IMG/VR virus record: IMGVR_UViG_3300028591_000141
Coordinates: 34,780 to 98,779 of that record
Strand: one strand, 5' to 3'
DNA: 64,000 bases
DNA from: a virus
Taxonomy: Duplodnaviria; Caudoviricetes
The notes under the pieces: model-generated
Databases searched by the model: none
Told to the model about the DNA's origin: nothing
What the model saw: only the letters and a program-made list of their open reading frames with translations
Shown here: positions 55,204 to 64,000 of the stretch, one piece after another
Numbering within the stretch: position 1 is the stretch's first letter
How the letters are laid out: every line of letters begins with the position of its first letter
Translations under genes and position numbers: made by a program

Positions 55204-55408
55204 CTTCGCCCTCCTGTTCCTTCTGAGCTTCTTCGGCCGCCCGTGCTTCGTCCCTCTGGATCGCCTTGATGCACTCGTCCATGTTCCGGATCGCCGTGTT
55301 CAGTGGGATGCCGATGTGTTCCACTTCGTCAAGCGGAACAGACCCGATGCTGCGGAGCAGGTCGCGGGTTATGATCAGGACTTCTTTGAGTGTCATTTTC
55401 TCTCCCAT
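55181..55408 (-). CDS. tail-module hypothetical protein
   Basis: Start MGEKMTLKE after AAGGGGGA. Confidence 0.55.
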   Translation of the reverse strand: MGEKMTLKEVLIITRDLLRSIGSVPLDEVEHIGIPLNTAIRNMDECIKAIQRDEARAAEEAQKEQEGEDGNADTV

Positions 55409-55419
55409 TGTTATCCCCC

Positions 55420-58182
55420 TTATGTGTACAAGTGATATTGGCTTCCGCTGTTGAACGGGATGCTTTGGCTCACTGCAAAGTCCTTTGAAAGCCGGCAGGT
55501 CTTGTTCGATCCTGACTGGGTGATGGAGCACGTCCAGTAGGACCCCTTGTCCGAATACGGATCGCTCAGCGTGACCGCCGCGCCGGAATAGTCCGACGTG
55601 CCGCCGATCTGCACCCATGGATAGATCGTCATGCCGCCCTTTGCAAAGTACTCGTTCCCGACCTTGTGTGCACCCGATCCCGTGGTCCATATTTCGATCC
55701 GGTTCGGGGTGCCGCCTCCGGGTACATTGACAGTGATTGTTTTTTGCGCACCTGTAGAAACATCGTCACCGTCCGCGTTTTCATAATCCACAGTGTATGT
55801 ATACGTTCCGTTGCTTGTGATGGTGTTTTGCCCGTCAATGGAAACGCTGACGGGTTTCGTCTGGTTTTGAGGCAGGGCTGTTACATTGATTTTGCCGTTT
55901 CCACCGCCCCAAACCCATGAGGAAACGGCTCGACTAAAAGACTCTGTTTTTACAATTTCGCCGTTGAATTTTGACCCCCATATCTGGTAGCTATTATTGC
56001 CACTTTGATGTAGTTGGAGATTCATAATCGCGTTTGCCGGATTCCCGTATAACCCACCTCCGACACTGAATTGTATGTTGCTTGCAACAAGCGATTGCAT
56101 GGATACGGACGAAATTGATGCGATTTTACCCTTGATATAATCGGCAGTAATGTCAGATGCTTTGACATATCCATCAAGATTGATGTGGTTTGCACTAATA
56201 ATAATCGAACTTGCTCCGTTGTTGATGGATTGTACAATACTTGCAGGTTTAATCTTTGCATTTGCACCTGTCCCCTCAACAACAAGACTGATTCGGTTTG
56301 CTTCTGTTGTAATTGAACTACGTAAACTGCTTTCAGTATTTGCTACTGCTTGTCTAATATATGTTGCAGTTTGATCAATATATGAATACAATGTGCTTTT
56401 TGCAGCATGGACCTCCGACCTAATCTGACTTGCAGTCTGAAGAATTTCGGAACCAATATCATTAATTTCATCTACAACATATGAACGAATACTTGTTGCA
56501 GTCTGCTCAATAGCAGAATACAATCGACTGTTCGCAGCATGAACTTCTGCACGAATTTGTGATGCTGTTTGCAATATTTCAGAACCAATATCATTGATTT
56601 CATCTACAACATACGAACGAATGCTTGTAGCTGTCTGCTCTATAGCAGAATAGAGTTGACTGTTTGCCGCATGAACTTCTGCACGAATCTGTGTTGCAGT
56701 CTGGGTAATACGACTACCGACTTCACCAATACTTCTGCTATTTTGTTGTACAGCAGAGGAAATGCTATCCGCACGAACGTCAAGACGTGCAAGATTTCCA
56801 CGTAGTTCACCATCTATTTTTTCATAATTATACGCAATGGTTGAAACTTGATCTTTCAGTCGTATAAAGTCAGTATCTTCAACCAGTTTTGTCCCATCTT
56901 CAACTAAGTGGAACTTTCCGTCTTCCTTAAATACATGGATTTTTTGTCCAGAAACATCTTGCCATCCAAGCTGTAGTGCATATGGATCATAATCAATCCA
57001 CGGGGAACCTTCTGGAAAGTCATCCCACGCATTGATTTCTGTACCCTCAATCCATATGTCACCAACACTTAACGGATTTTCTGAAGTATCCTGTGGTTCG
57101 TCCAGACTTGCAATTACTTTTGAACCACTCCGTTCTCCAACATGGTCAAGAATATAGCTGGCAGTCTGGTCTACATAAGCATATACGGTACTGTTTGCAG
57201 TCCACACAGCAGACCGAATCATGCTTTGTGTCTGAAGAATCTCTGTATGCAAGTCTTCATTCACATCTTCCACACGGGAGGTTATACTTGTTGCAGTCTG
57301 ATTGATGTAAGAATACACCGTACTATTTGCTGCATGGACCTCAGAATAAATCTGTTCGGCGGTCTGCACGATATTTGAACCAAGACTGCTTTCCACATTT
57401 TCAACTACAGCACTTATATAAGTCGCGGTCTGGTCAATATAACTATACAGATTACTATTGGCTGCATGAACCTCACTACGAATTTGTGAAGCTGTTTGAA
57501 GAATCGCTGAACCAAGATTATTATTGACATCTGCAACAACCGCTTCAATATAAGTAGCAGTCTGGTCAATGTAGCTGTACAGGGTACTGTTAGCTGCATG
57601 AACCTCACTGCGAATTTGAGATGCTGTCTGGAGAATTGCAGAACCAAGGTCGTTATTTATATCAGCAACTACCGACTCCATATATGTTGCAGTTTGATCA
57701 ATATAGCTATACAATGTGCTACTTGACGCATGGACCTCCGAATAAATCTGGTCAGCAGTCTGCAAAATACTGCTATGCACGTCACTAATTGCATTGTCGA
57801 ACTGTGTGGTCAGTTTCGACTCAGACATATAGATTGCACTATGAAGCATACCGTCACTGCTGGTAAATTCTTTGTAGATATACTCCTGGCTGCGGACTGC
57901 CGTTCCGCCGCGTCCATACTTCTTCCTGCTGACTTTGCTGATAGCGTCACGCTCTTTTTTCCCCGTGCTGCTGATAGTTGTCTGTGGTGTACCGCGCCAT
58001 ACCATCCGGCTTGAATGGACAGGACTCTGATACTCTTCTGTCCCACGCTTTACGGTAATTACGTCTCCTGCCTGTACGCTCCAGTCCGCAAACGTCTCTG
58101 CGTCCAGCGGATGGTATTCCGATACACCGTTCAGTTTTGTATAGATATCGTTAAGAGATGCGCCCGTAACGGTGTGTGCCAT
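55420..58182 (-). CDS. tail spike/fibre protein with internal coiled-coil repeats
   Basis: Repeated ILQTASQIRSEVHAANSTLYSYIDQTA units; IIISANHINLDG. Confidence 0.8.
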   Translation of the reverse strand: MAHTVTGASLNDIYTKLNGVSEYHPLDAETFADWSVQAGDVITVKRGTEEYQSPVHSSRMVWRGTPQTTISSTGKKERDAISKVSRKKYGRGGTAVRSQEYIYKEFTSSDGMLHSAIYMSESKLTTQFDNAISDVHSSILQTADQIYSEVHASSSTLYSYIDQTATYMESVVADINNDLGSAILQTASQIRSEVHAANSTLYSYIDQTATYIEAVVADVNNNLGSAILQTASQIRSEVHAANSNLYSYIDQTATYISAVVENVESSLGSNIVQTAEQIYSEVHAANSTVYSYINQTATSITSRVEDVNEDLHTEILQTQSMIRSAVWTANSTVYAYVDQTASYILDHVGERSGSKVIASLDEPQDTSENPLSVGDIWIEGTEINAWDDFPEGSPWIDYDPYALQLGWQDVSGQKIHVFKEDGKFHLVEDGTKLVEDTDFIRLKDQVSTIAYNYEKIDGELRGNLARLDVRADSISSAVQQNSRSIGEVGSRITQTATQIRAEVHAANSQLYSAIEQTATSIRSYVVDEINDIGSEILQTASQIRAEVHAANSRLYSAIEQTATSIRSYVVDEINDIGSEILQTASQIRSEVHAAKSTLYSYIDQTATYIRQAVANTESSLRSSITTEANRISLVVEGTGANAKIKPASIVQSINNGASSIIISANHINLDGYVKASDITADYIKGKIASISSVSMQSLVASNIQFSVGGGLYGNPANAIMNLQLHQSGNNSYQIWGSKFNGEIVKTESFSRAVSSWVWGGGNGKINVTALPQNQTKPVSVSIDGQNTITSNGTYTYTVDYENADGDDVSTGAQKTITVNVPGGGTPNRIEIWTTGSGAHKVGNEYFAKGGMTIYPWVQIGGTSDYSGAAVTLSDPYSDKGSYWTCSITQSGSNKTCRLSKDFAVSQSIPFNSGSQYHLYT

Positions 58183-59327
58183 TAATTCACCCCCTTCAGC
58201 AAAGGATTGTCCTGAATCAGATATGCTTCGTTTCCTGTACCGGTTGTATTTTCATATTCACCGTTAGAAGCGCGGTTATATACCTTCGTGATCTTCTTTG
58301 TTTCATACCAGTGCGGATTGAACTCGCTGTATCCATGTTCATCAATTTCTAATCCTGTTTCAGTGTGCAGCCAGTCAAACTTCAGTTTTCCGTCCCTGTC
58401 AAACCGCGCCACGCTTCCTGCCGCTTCAGCAAGCCACTGCAGCACTTCCCGCATGGTCGCATTGTCAAATTCTTCTGGGCGCGTACTCAACTGAGCGGAA
58501 CTGTTAACAAAGTACGTTGACGCATACTGTACGCCGACGTGCTGGCACATCTTAATAAACAGATTCCCAAATGTACTTGGCCACGTAATCCCCAAAGTTG
58601 CATCGTCAGGCATGTCTTTCTCAAAACGCTGCATAAGGTCATAGCACGTAAAATGTATTTCATTCACATACGGAACGTTCGGACGTTCGGCATTGAATAC
58701 GCCCAACGGAACGAACTCATATGTTCGCCTGTTTGTACCTTGCCAAATTTTCAGTATTCTGCTTGTTTTGTCGTAACTGATTCCCTTTCCGATCCACCTG
58801 GCAAGCTGTGCTTTCATAAATCCGTTTACCGTTACGCTTTGGACTGCTCCATTCGAGTCCTTATATCCGACAACCGCGTTATTTGAAAGCAGACAGTACA
58901 CAATCCCTTCATAGATCAGGATGCTCTTGACTTCCCTTGCAGGCTGGCTGGCAATGTTTGACCCGTCACGCTTCAAATATGGGGAACTGCTATATGCCAC
59001 ATACGTGTGGTATGTACTCTGAACCTGAATTGTTCCCTGCGCGGTGACAGTTTCGTTTCCAATCTGTGCGCCGATGGTCGCTGTGAAGTCACCAAACTCA
59101 TAATCGTTCAGCAGACCATGGTCATTAAAAATGCTGAATGAGATCTCGTTGCTCAGCGCCTGCCCGATAGTAAGGTCTTCTTCCGTATTGAAGTAGTCAT
59201 TGAACTCAATGCCTGTCGTCACGTTAATGTCATCATTCGTGAACACCGCATCGTCGAAAATAAGCAGTGCGATCTGGTGTGCGCCGTTCGCCACCGCCTC
59301 GTGGAAAGCTTCGCTGGCGTTATACAT
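58182..59327 (-). CDS. baseplate hub/Tal-like tail protein
   Basis: Synteny; EFVPLGVF, REVLQWLAEAAG..ARFDRDG. Confidence 0.7.
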   Translation of the reverse strand: MYNASEAFHEAVANGAHQIALLIFDDAVFTNDDINVTTGIEFNDYFNTEEDLTIGQALSNEISFSIFNDHGLLNDYEFGDFTATIGAQIGNETVTAQGTIQVQSTYHTYVAYSSSPYLKRDGSNIASQPAREVKSILIYEGIVYCLLSNNAVVGYKDSNGAVQSVTVNGFMKAQLARWIGKGISYDKTSRILKIWQGTNRRTYEFVPLGVFNAERPNVPYVNEIHFTCYDLMQRFEKDMPDDATLGITWPSTFGNLFIKMCQHVGVQYASTYFVNSSAQLSTRPEEFDNATMREVLQWLAEAAGSVARFDRDGKLKFDWLHTETGLEIDEHGYSEFNPHWYETKKITKVYNRASNGEYENTTGTGNEAYLIQDNPLLKGVN

Positions 59328-59347
59328 CTGTTGTCTCCTCCTTTCAG

Positions 59348-59441
59348 CAAAGTAAAAGGCACCTGTAGTGAAAAAACATTCTCACCGACAGGTGCCTCTA
59401 ACGATATTCGATTACGTTTATTCTACACTACATACAGTAGT
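59348..59441 (-). promoter_or_regulatory. internal promoter/operator plus attenuator hairpin
   Basis: ACTAC-ATACA-GTAGT at 59427-59441; TG-n-TAGAAT-like -10; AGGCACCTGT...ACAGGTGCCT plus TTTACTTT. Confidence 0.6.
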
Positions 59442-59444
59442 TAA

Positions 59445-60134
59445 TCAATACTCGATAAACTTCAGCTTCAGGCTGAACTGCGCGATGTCATCCTTCTCTT
59501 CCAGATAGTACAGCGCGTCCCCCGTACGGTCACCGACATAATAGTCCCCGGTGTACGTCGTATTGAACGTGCGCGGGTCAATCCCCGTGAACGTGAACTT
59601 CGGTGCGTTCACCGCCGCCAAAATCGTCTGAAGCATCTGCCAGTCTAAGCTATTCCAGCTGAGTTCGTAGTTGATCTTCGTTGCAACGTACGCTCTGTGC
59701 AGAAGTCCCGTGGCGTCCCTGCTGCCGGAGGTGTCCAGGTCACCGACCTGGTACGTGAACTTGCTGGGGTCTGGAATGTTCGTGCTGTTCACTCTGAAGC
59801 CCATCGCATAGTTGTAGTGTCTCATAAACATCACCCTTTGCCCGTAATACCACTCCTGCCGCTCGTGCAAACGCTCTGCGTAGTCTTCCGCTTCATCGAC
59901 AGTATCAAACTTTCCGAGATACTGTCCGGTCTGTAGATAGTACTCAATCGCATAATCCTCGTCCTGTATAACGCCGTTGATCACTGTGGGCAACAGCACT
60001 TCCTTGTCGTCGATGTTCACGCTGAATGATCGCTCCGTACTGAACGACCCGTCAGCGTTGAACACCACGATCCGGTGGTTCAGGTCAATGTTCCCTTCAC
60101 CCCATTGCCCGATAGTGTCAATGTATTCAGACAT
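59445..60134 (-). CDS. distal-tail-like protein with an extra N-terminal domain
   Basis: C-terminal DLDTSGSRDATGLLHR...YYVGDR...FIEY; follows the tape measure gene. Confidence 0.7.
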   Translation of the reverse strand: MSEYIDTIGQWGEGNIDLNHRIVVFNADGSFSTERSFSVNIDDKEVLLPTVINGVIQDEDYAIEYYLQTGQYLGKFDTVDEAEDYAERLHERQEWYYGQRVMFMRHYNYAMGFRVNSTNIPDPSKFTYQVGDLDTSGSRDATGLLHRAYVATKINYELSWNSLDWQMLQTILAAVNAPKFTFTGIDPRTFNTTYTGDYYVGDRTGDALYYLEEKDDIAQFSLKLKFIEY

Positions 60135-60148
60135 CGGCCGTCACCTCC

Positions 60149-63100
60149 TTAACCGCCTGTAATCTTTGATGCCATCACTGCAGCAGCGCCGTTCATGAAT
60201 CCCATAGTCGCACTTGGATATATGTTCACATTCCACTGTTTTGCAGCCAGTATGCGGACGGAACTCATGATGTTTGCAATCGCTTCTGCAAGTTCCTTGT
60301 TTCCTTCCCTAACACCAGCAGCAACGGCCTGCTGGTCCAGTCCGCCTTCGACCTCAGCCTGCATCTCCACAGGTTCTCCGCCTGCGGAAACAAAAGACTG
60401 TGACGGTCCCCATCCGACGTCGCTTACAGCACCGGCAGATGCGACATAGTAACCGTTTTTCGGAAGGCCGCGTCCGGTGCTGAATCCCTCTTCGTCAAGT
60501 GAATATTCAAGTTCGTTAAGAATCTGATTAACGGCGTCCTTCCCAAATGTCAGTTCAAGTGCCGTCCGTTCAGTAAAATCAAGTTGTCCATCTGATAATG
60601 CAGATTCTATCTTGTTCTTCAGGTCTGTCATGACCTTCCGCTCATCAAGCTGTAAATCAATCGTCGGTTCCGCTGTAATCTCAGGCTTGGTTGTAACGTT
60701 CAGATCGTCTTCCGGAGGAGTGAACTTCCAAAACTCCCACCATCCACGTTCTGCTTCATGCGCGGTTTCTTCAATGATCTCGCCTGCATCGTTAAAGAAT
60801 CTCCTTGTGTACTGCTCAACATCCCTGTACGGAACATTGAACATCTTCATGAAGATTTCTTCCGCAAGGCTTAGGTCATCCGTAGCTCTGTACAGGCTTC
60901 TCAGCAATGTCTCTTTGGACTCGTCAGACATGACGTCATACAGATTTCCACCAAGGTCGTTAATGTAGTTACTGATAATCCCCTTTGGATCTTTCCCCGG
61001 GGTTGTCATTTCCTTGATGATCTCTTCGACCAGTTTGTCTGCTGTTTCTCCAATCCCATGCTTTTTGATGTTTTCAGCAGTCATACTGTAACTGTTCCCA
61101 AACGGGTCAAGCAGCATATCCCAGGCGTCGATATCAAACACGCCGCCCTTCATTGCCTGATCGACAGCGTCCTTGAAATCCGGTCCATAGACTTTTTCGA
61201 GAACCTTCGCCCACTCTTTTGCCATTATTGTTTTTGTAGGTTCAAGTTTTTCGTCAACCGCTCTCTGAAGGTTTTCGCCCATCATGCGCTGTGCGCTTTC
61301 GACAAATTCGTCCCCTGCGTCCTTCAGTTTTTGACCGACTTCAGTATCTTCCCCGACCTCCATAGCAGAAGCATAGGCTTTTGCGGCAAGACCCATAATT
61401 TCTTTGGCTTCCTGTTCAACGCTTGCTTTAACTGTCTCCTCATATTCAGCAAACCTTTGTTTTTGTGTTTCCATGGTTGCCACTGCTGTGTCTCTGTCAA
61501 TGACATTGTCAAGGGCCATGGAGAACTCTGTTTCAAACTCAAGCTGTTTCTCAATGCGTTCAGAGTTTTCAAGAATCCGCTGCTGGCTGCGCATCAGTTC
61601 AAGCGCCTGTTCCATTTCTCCGTTCTTCCAGCCTGTTCTTTCTCCTTCATAAATCAGGTTGGCAAGCTTTTCACCGAGTCCGAGGAAATATTCGCTGAGC
61701 GTTTTGTCGGCGCCCTTTATGGTGCCAAGCAGTTCGTCTGTTATGTCTTCTCCGGCTCCATTCCGGAACGTGAAATTGGTCAGCGTAAATTCAAGGCCTT
61801 TTTCGTTTGTTTCAATCAGGCTCTGAAGCGCGGTAACGGTAGCCTGCGCGTCTTCTGCCGCTTTTTTGACGGCCGCAACCTTTTCCTGCGCTGTCGTCGT
61901 ATCAATATCTGCAACAACCTTCTCAGCGTCCTGAAGAGATGTATTGAATTGCTTTACAGCATCATTAACTTTATTCTTTGCATCGGTAGTGTCAGCAATA
62001 TGGGCATTCATTACATCAATCTCAGCATCAACAGGGAATGTAAACTGTTCACGCACAAATTGCTCAATCTGATCCTGAGTCCAAGTAAGATTTCCCCACT
62101 TGTTTTTATCTTTGAGATCCTGTTCGCCTTGGCAATAACCGACAATCGTAACAACAGCAGCCGCCATCAATCCGATTCCGAATCCAAGGACTCCGCCCAT
62201 TCCAAGCGCTGTCGTTATTAATGACCCGCCTATCGCAGCAGCAAGTCCGCCAATAATGCTTCTCAGAATATCCTGCGTATCAAAATATCCTTTTGCACCG
62301 GCGTCATAAGCCGCGCCGTACGACAAATCAAGTCCAATTGCAACAATTGCACCACCAGCGACTAGTTTTCCAAGCGTACCAAGCAATCCGGTAAACGCTT
62401 TGCTGAACTTCCATCCAAGAAGTGCTATGCCTGCCTTTTTAATAATTTCAGAAAGACCACCAAGATGTTCGTCAATAAAAGCAAGTGTGTTTTTTACTTT
62501 GTCGTCAAACGAATTGACCTCTTCAAACATGTTCTTATATTCTTCGGCAGTCTTTCCAGTTCCGGAACCGCTTCCGCCAGCGTTCTGACTCTGAATGATG
62601 TTCAGTTCGTCCCAGTCAGCAAGCAAGTCTTTCATTGCCTTACTTGTGCCTTTGGCTGCCTTTGTGTTCTTCTCAAACGCTTCAGCGGCTTCCGGCAACG
62701 CTCTTGTCCATGTGCTTTGACCGTTCAGCAACGCAAAGAACTGGTTGAGATAGTTGATTCCTGTAATCAGCCAGTTAACAACCGTTTGAAGAACCGGAAC
62801 AAGCGCCTGAATCACAGGAGCAACGGCTGCGCCAATACTGTTTTTCATCTGTTGAAGTGCTGTAGCAGCCTGATCCATCGCAGGTGCAAGGGACGTTCCG
62901 ACTGCTTTGCTGTATTGATATACATTCTGTACGCCTTCCGAGAACCCGGCGGCAATCTGTCTGATCACGTACCGAAGCGCTCGCATGGTTGCCATGCTCT
63001 TGAAACGCTTCAGCAATCCGGTGATTGTCGGGAACAGCGCTTCCATTTTGCTTTTTATGTATCCGAAAGAACCGCCGGACTCATTAATGTCATTCCGAAG

Positions 63101-64000
63101 TGCAGCGAATCGTTCACCAAGTTTTGACAGCACACCGGAAAGCCTTTCGGCAGCACCGCTGAATATGCTCGTTTCTTTTGACTGCTCTGAAATACCGTTG
63201 TCCTGACTGATAATTCCCCTTGCTTCCTTCGCGACCTGAATGGCAGTTTTCATGCTTCCGTAATTAAACTCTGATTCTATTTTTCGGTTCGCTGCGTTTG
63301 CAAGTGCGGCCTCCTCTTTTTTTGCTTCAAGAATAGCAGCAAACTTTTTCGCATATTCTTCCGCCGCGTTTGTTTCTTCACTTGTCTTTGATGTTACCTG
63401 TTCAGTTTCTTCTATGATATCCTTGATGTCTTTCTTAGCGCCTGTATACGGGATAATGGCATTCTCACCGAACGGCATAAAGGCCGAGTTCCTGGCCATC
63501 TCCTCCATCAGCCCGTTGGTCTGTCCGAGATAGTCGTTCAGATTGCCAAGCTGAGAACTCATGCCGGTCAGGTACTGGATCGGTTCGCCAAGCCTTGCCG
63601 TCACCGTATCCATGGCGTCGGATACCGTGCCTTCGACCTCGATGGCGCCTTCCTTCCATGCCGTCCATCCGTTCTCCACCTGCGTGGAGATGCCAGTCTG
63701 GTCCCCGGCCGGGAGCGACATGGCCGCGCGGATCCGGGCATACTGCTCAAACATCTCCCGGAACTGGTCGATACCGCCGCTCCACGCCTTGTTCTGCATC
63801 AGTGCCTGCGTATCGCGCAAAGACGAATTCATCCCGTCGATTCCGCCTTTTGCTTCGAAAGCGCGGCTCTTAATGTCGTCAAAACCGGTATTGATTCCGG
63901 TCATGTCCTGCATTGTTTCCCGCACAGCGGACCGAATGCTTTCAATGCTTGTCCCGCCGCCGATGCGGATGTTCAGGTCACCCATGCCTTTCAGTTTGCT
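60149..64000 (-). CDS. tape measure protein (phage B), 5'-partial
   Basis: More than 1278 aa, helical, central hydrophobic segment; upstream of the Dit-like gene; frame open to the window edge. Confidence 0.85.
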   Translation of the reverse strand, partial: SKLKGMGDLNIRIGGGTSIESIRSAVRETMQDMTGINTGFDDIKSRAFEAKGGIDGMNSSLRDTQALMQNKAWSGGIDQFREMFEQYARIRAAMSLPAGDQTGISTQVENGWTAWKEGAIEVEGTVSDAMDTVTARLGEPIQYLTGMSSQLGNLNDYLGQTNGLMEEMARNSAFMPFGENAIIPYTGAKKDIKDIIEETEQVTSKTSEETNAAEEYAKKFAAILEAKKEEAALANAANRKIESEFNYGSMKTAIQVAKEARGIISQDNGISEQSKETSIFSGAAERLSGVLSKLGERFAALRNDINESGGSFGYIKSKMEALFPTITGLLKRFKSMATMRALRYVIRQIAAGFSEGVQNVYQYSKAVGTSLAPAMDQAATALQQMKNSIGAAVAPVIQALVPVLQTVVNWLITGINYLNQFFALLNGQSTWTRALPEAAEAFEKNTKAAKGTSKAMKDLLADWDELNIIQSQNAGGSGSGTGKTAEEYKNMFEEVNSFDDKVKNTLAFIDEHLGGLSEIIKKAGIALLGWKFSKAFTGLLGTLGKLVAGGAIVAIGLDLSYGAAYDAGAKGYFDTQDILRSIIGGLAAAIGGSLITTALGMGGVLGFGIGLMAAAVVTIVGYCQGEQDLKDKNKWGNLTWTQDQIEQFVREQFTFPVDAEIDVMNAHIADTTDAKNKVNDAVKQFNTSLQDAEKVVADIDTTTAQEKVAAVKKAAEDAQATVTALQSLIETNEKGLEFTLTNFTFRNGAGEDITDELLGTIKGADKTLSEYFLGLGEKLANLIYEGERTGWKNGEMEQALELMRSQQRILENSERIEKQLEFETEFSMALDNVIDRDTAVATMETQKQRFAEYEETVKASVEQEAKEIMGLAAKAYASAMEVGEDTEVGQKLKDAGDEFVESAQRMMGENLQRAVDEKLEPTKTIMAKEWAKVLEKVYGPDFKDAVDQAMKGGVFDIDAWDMLLDPFGNSYSMTAENIKKHGIGETADKLVEEIIKEMTTPGKDPKGIISNYINDLGGNLYDVMSDESKETLLRSLYRATDDLSLAEEIFMKMFNVPYRDVEQYTRRFFNDAGEIIEETAHEAERGWWEFWKFTPPEDDLNVTTKPEITAEPTIDLQLDERKVMTDLKNKIESALSDGQLDFTERTALELTFGKDAVNQILNELEYSLDEEGFSTGRGLPKNGYYVASAGAVSDVGWGPSQSFVSAGGEPVEMQAEVEGGLDQQAVAAGVREGNKELAEAIANIMSSVRILAAKQWNVNIYPSATMGFMNGAAAVMASKITGG

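Noticed and set aside
56280-57800. CRISPR or non-coding repeat array
   Set aside because: The repeats are in-frame coding units of the tail protein with synonymous variation.

Overview
The whole window is temperate siphophage DNA with no host housekeeping genes. The gene families suggest a Clostridia/Bacillota host (inference). It is best read as two related phages joined together. Phage A (1 to about 26.4 kb) has a cro/cI/mini-ImmA switch and a large serine integrase directly followed by lysis, tail, HK97-type head and terminase genes. Phage B (about 26.4 kb to 64 kb) has early/recombination genes, a second cro/cI/mini-ImmA switch, a tyrosine integrase and an intact attP-like site (3' half of tRNA-Pro(GGG) with arm repeats on both sides), then a moron operon, lysis genes and tail genes running off the window. 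Three observations stand out. (1) A candidate recombinase-driven cassette system at the tail-tip gene of both phages: in-frame CGTTAAATAG ('LNS') sites inside the gene and oppositely oriented CGTTAA(A/T)TCA sites after it bracket AT-rich C-terminal domains and a stack of tiny genes, and phage A has a dedicated tyrosine recombinase beside the locus. (2) A phage RNA cluster of an intact tmRNA (tag DEDEIYGELKAA) and two tRNA-like RNAs whose anticodon loops are replaced by larger structures, close to a SpoU/TrmH methyltransferase gene. (3) An ACTAC-N5-GTAGT operator network and a duplicated attenuator leader in phage B. All assignments come from reading motifs and synteny by eye; no database searches were run.
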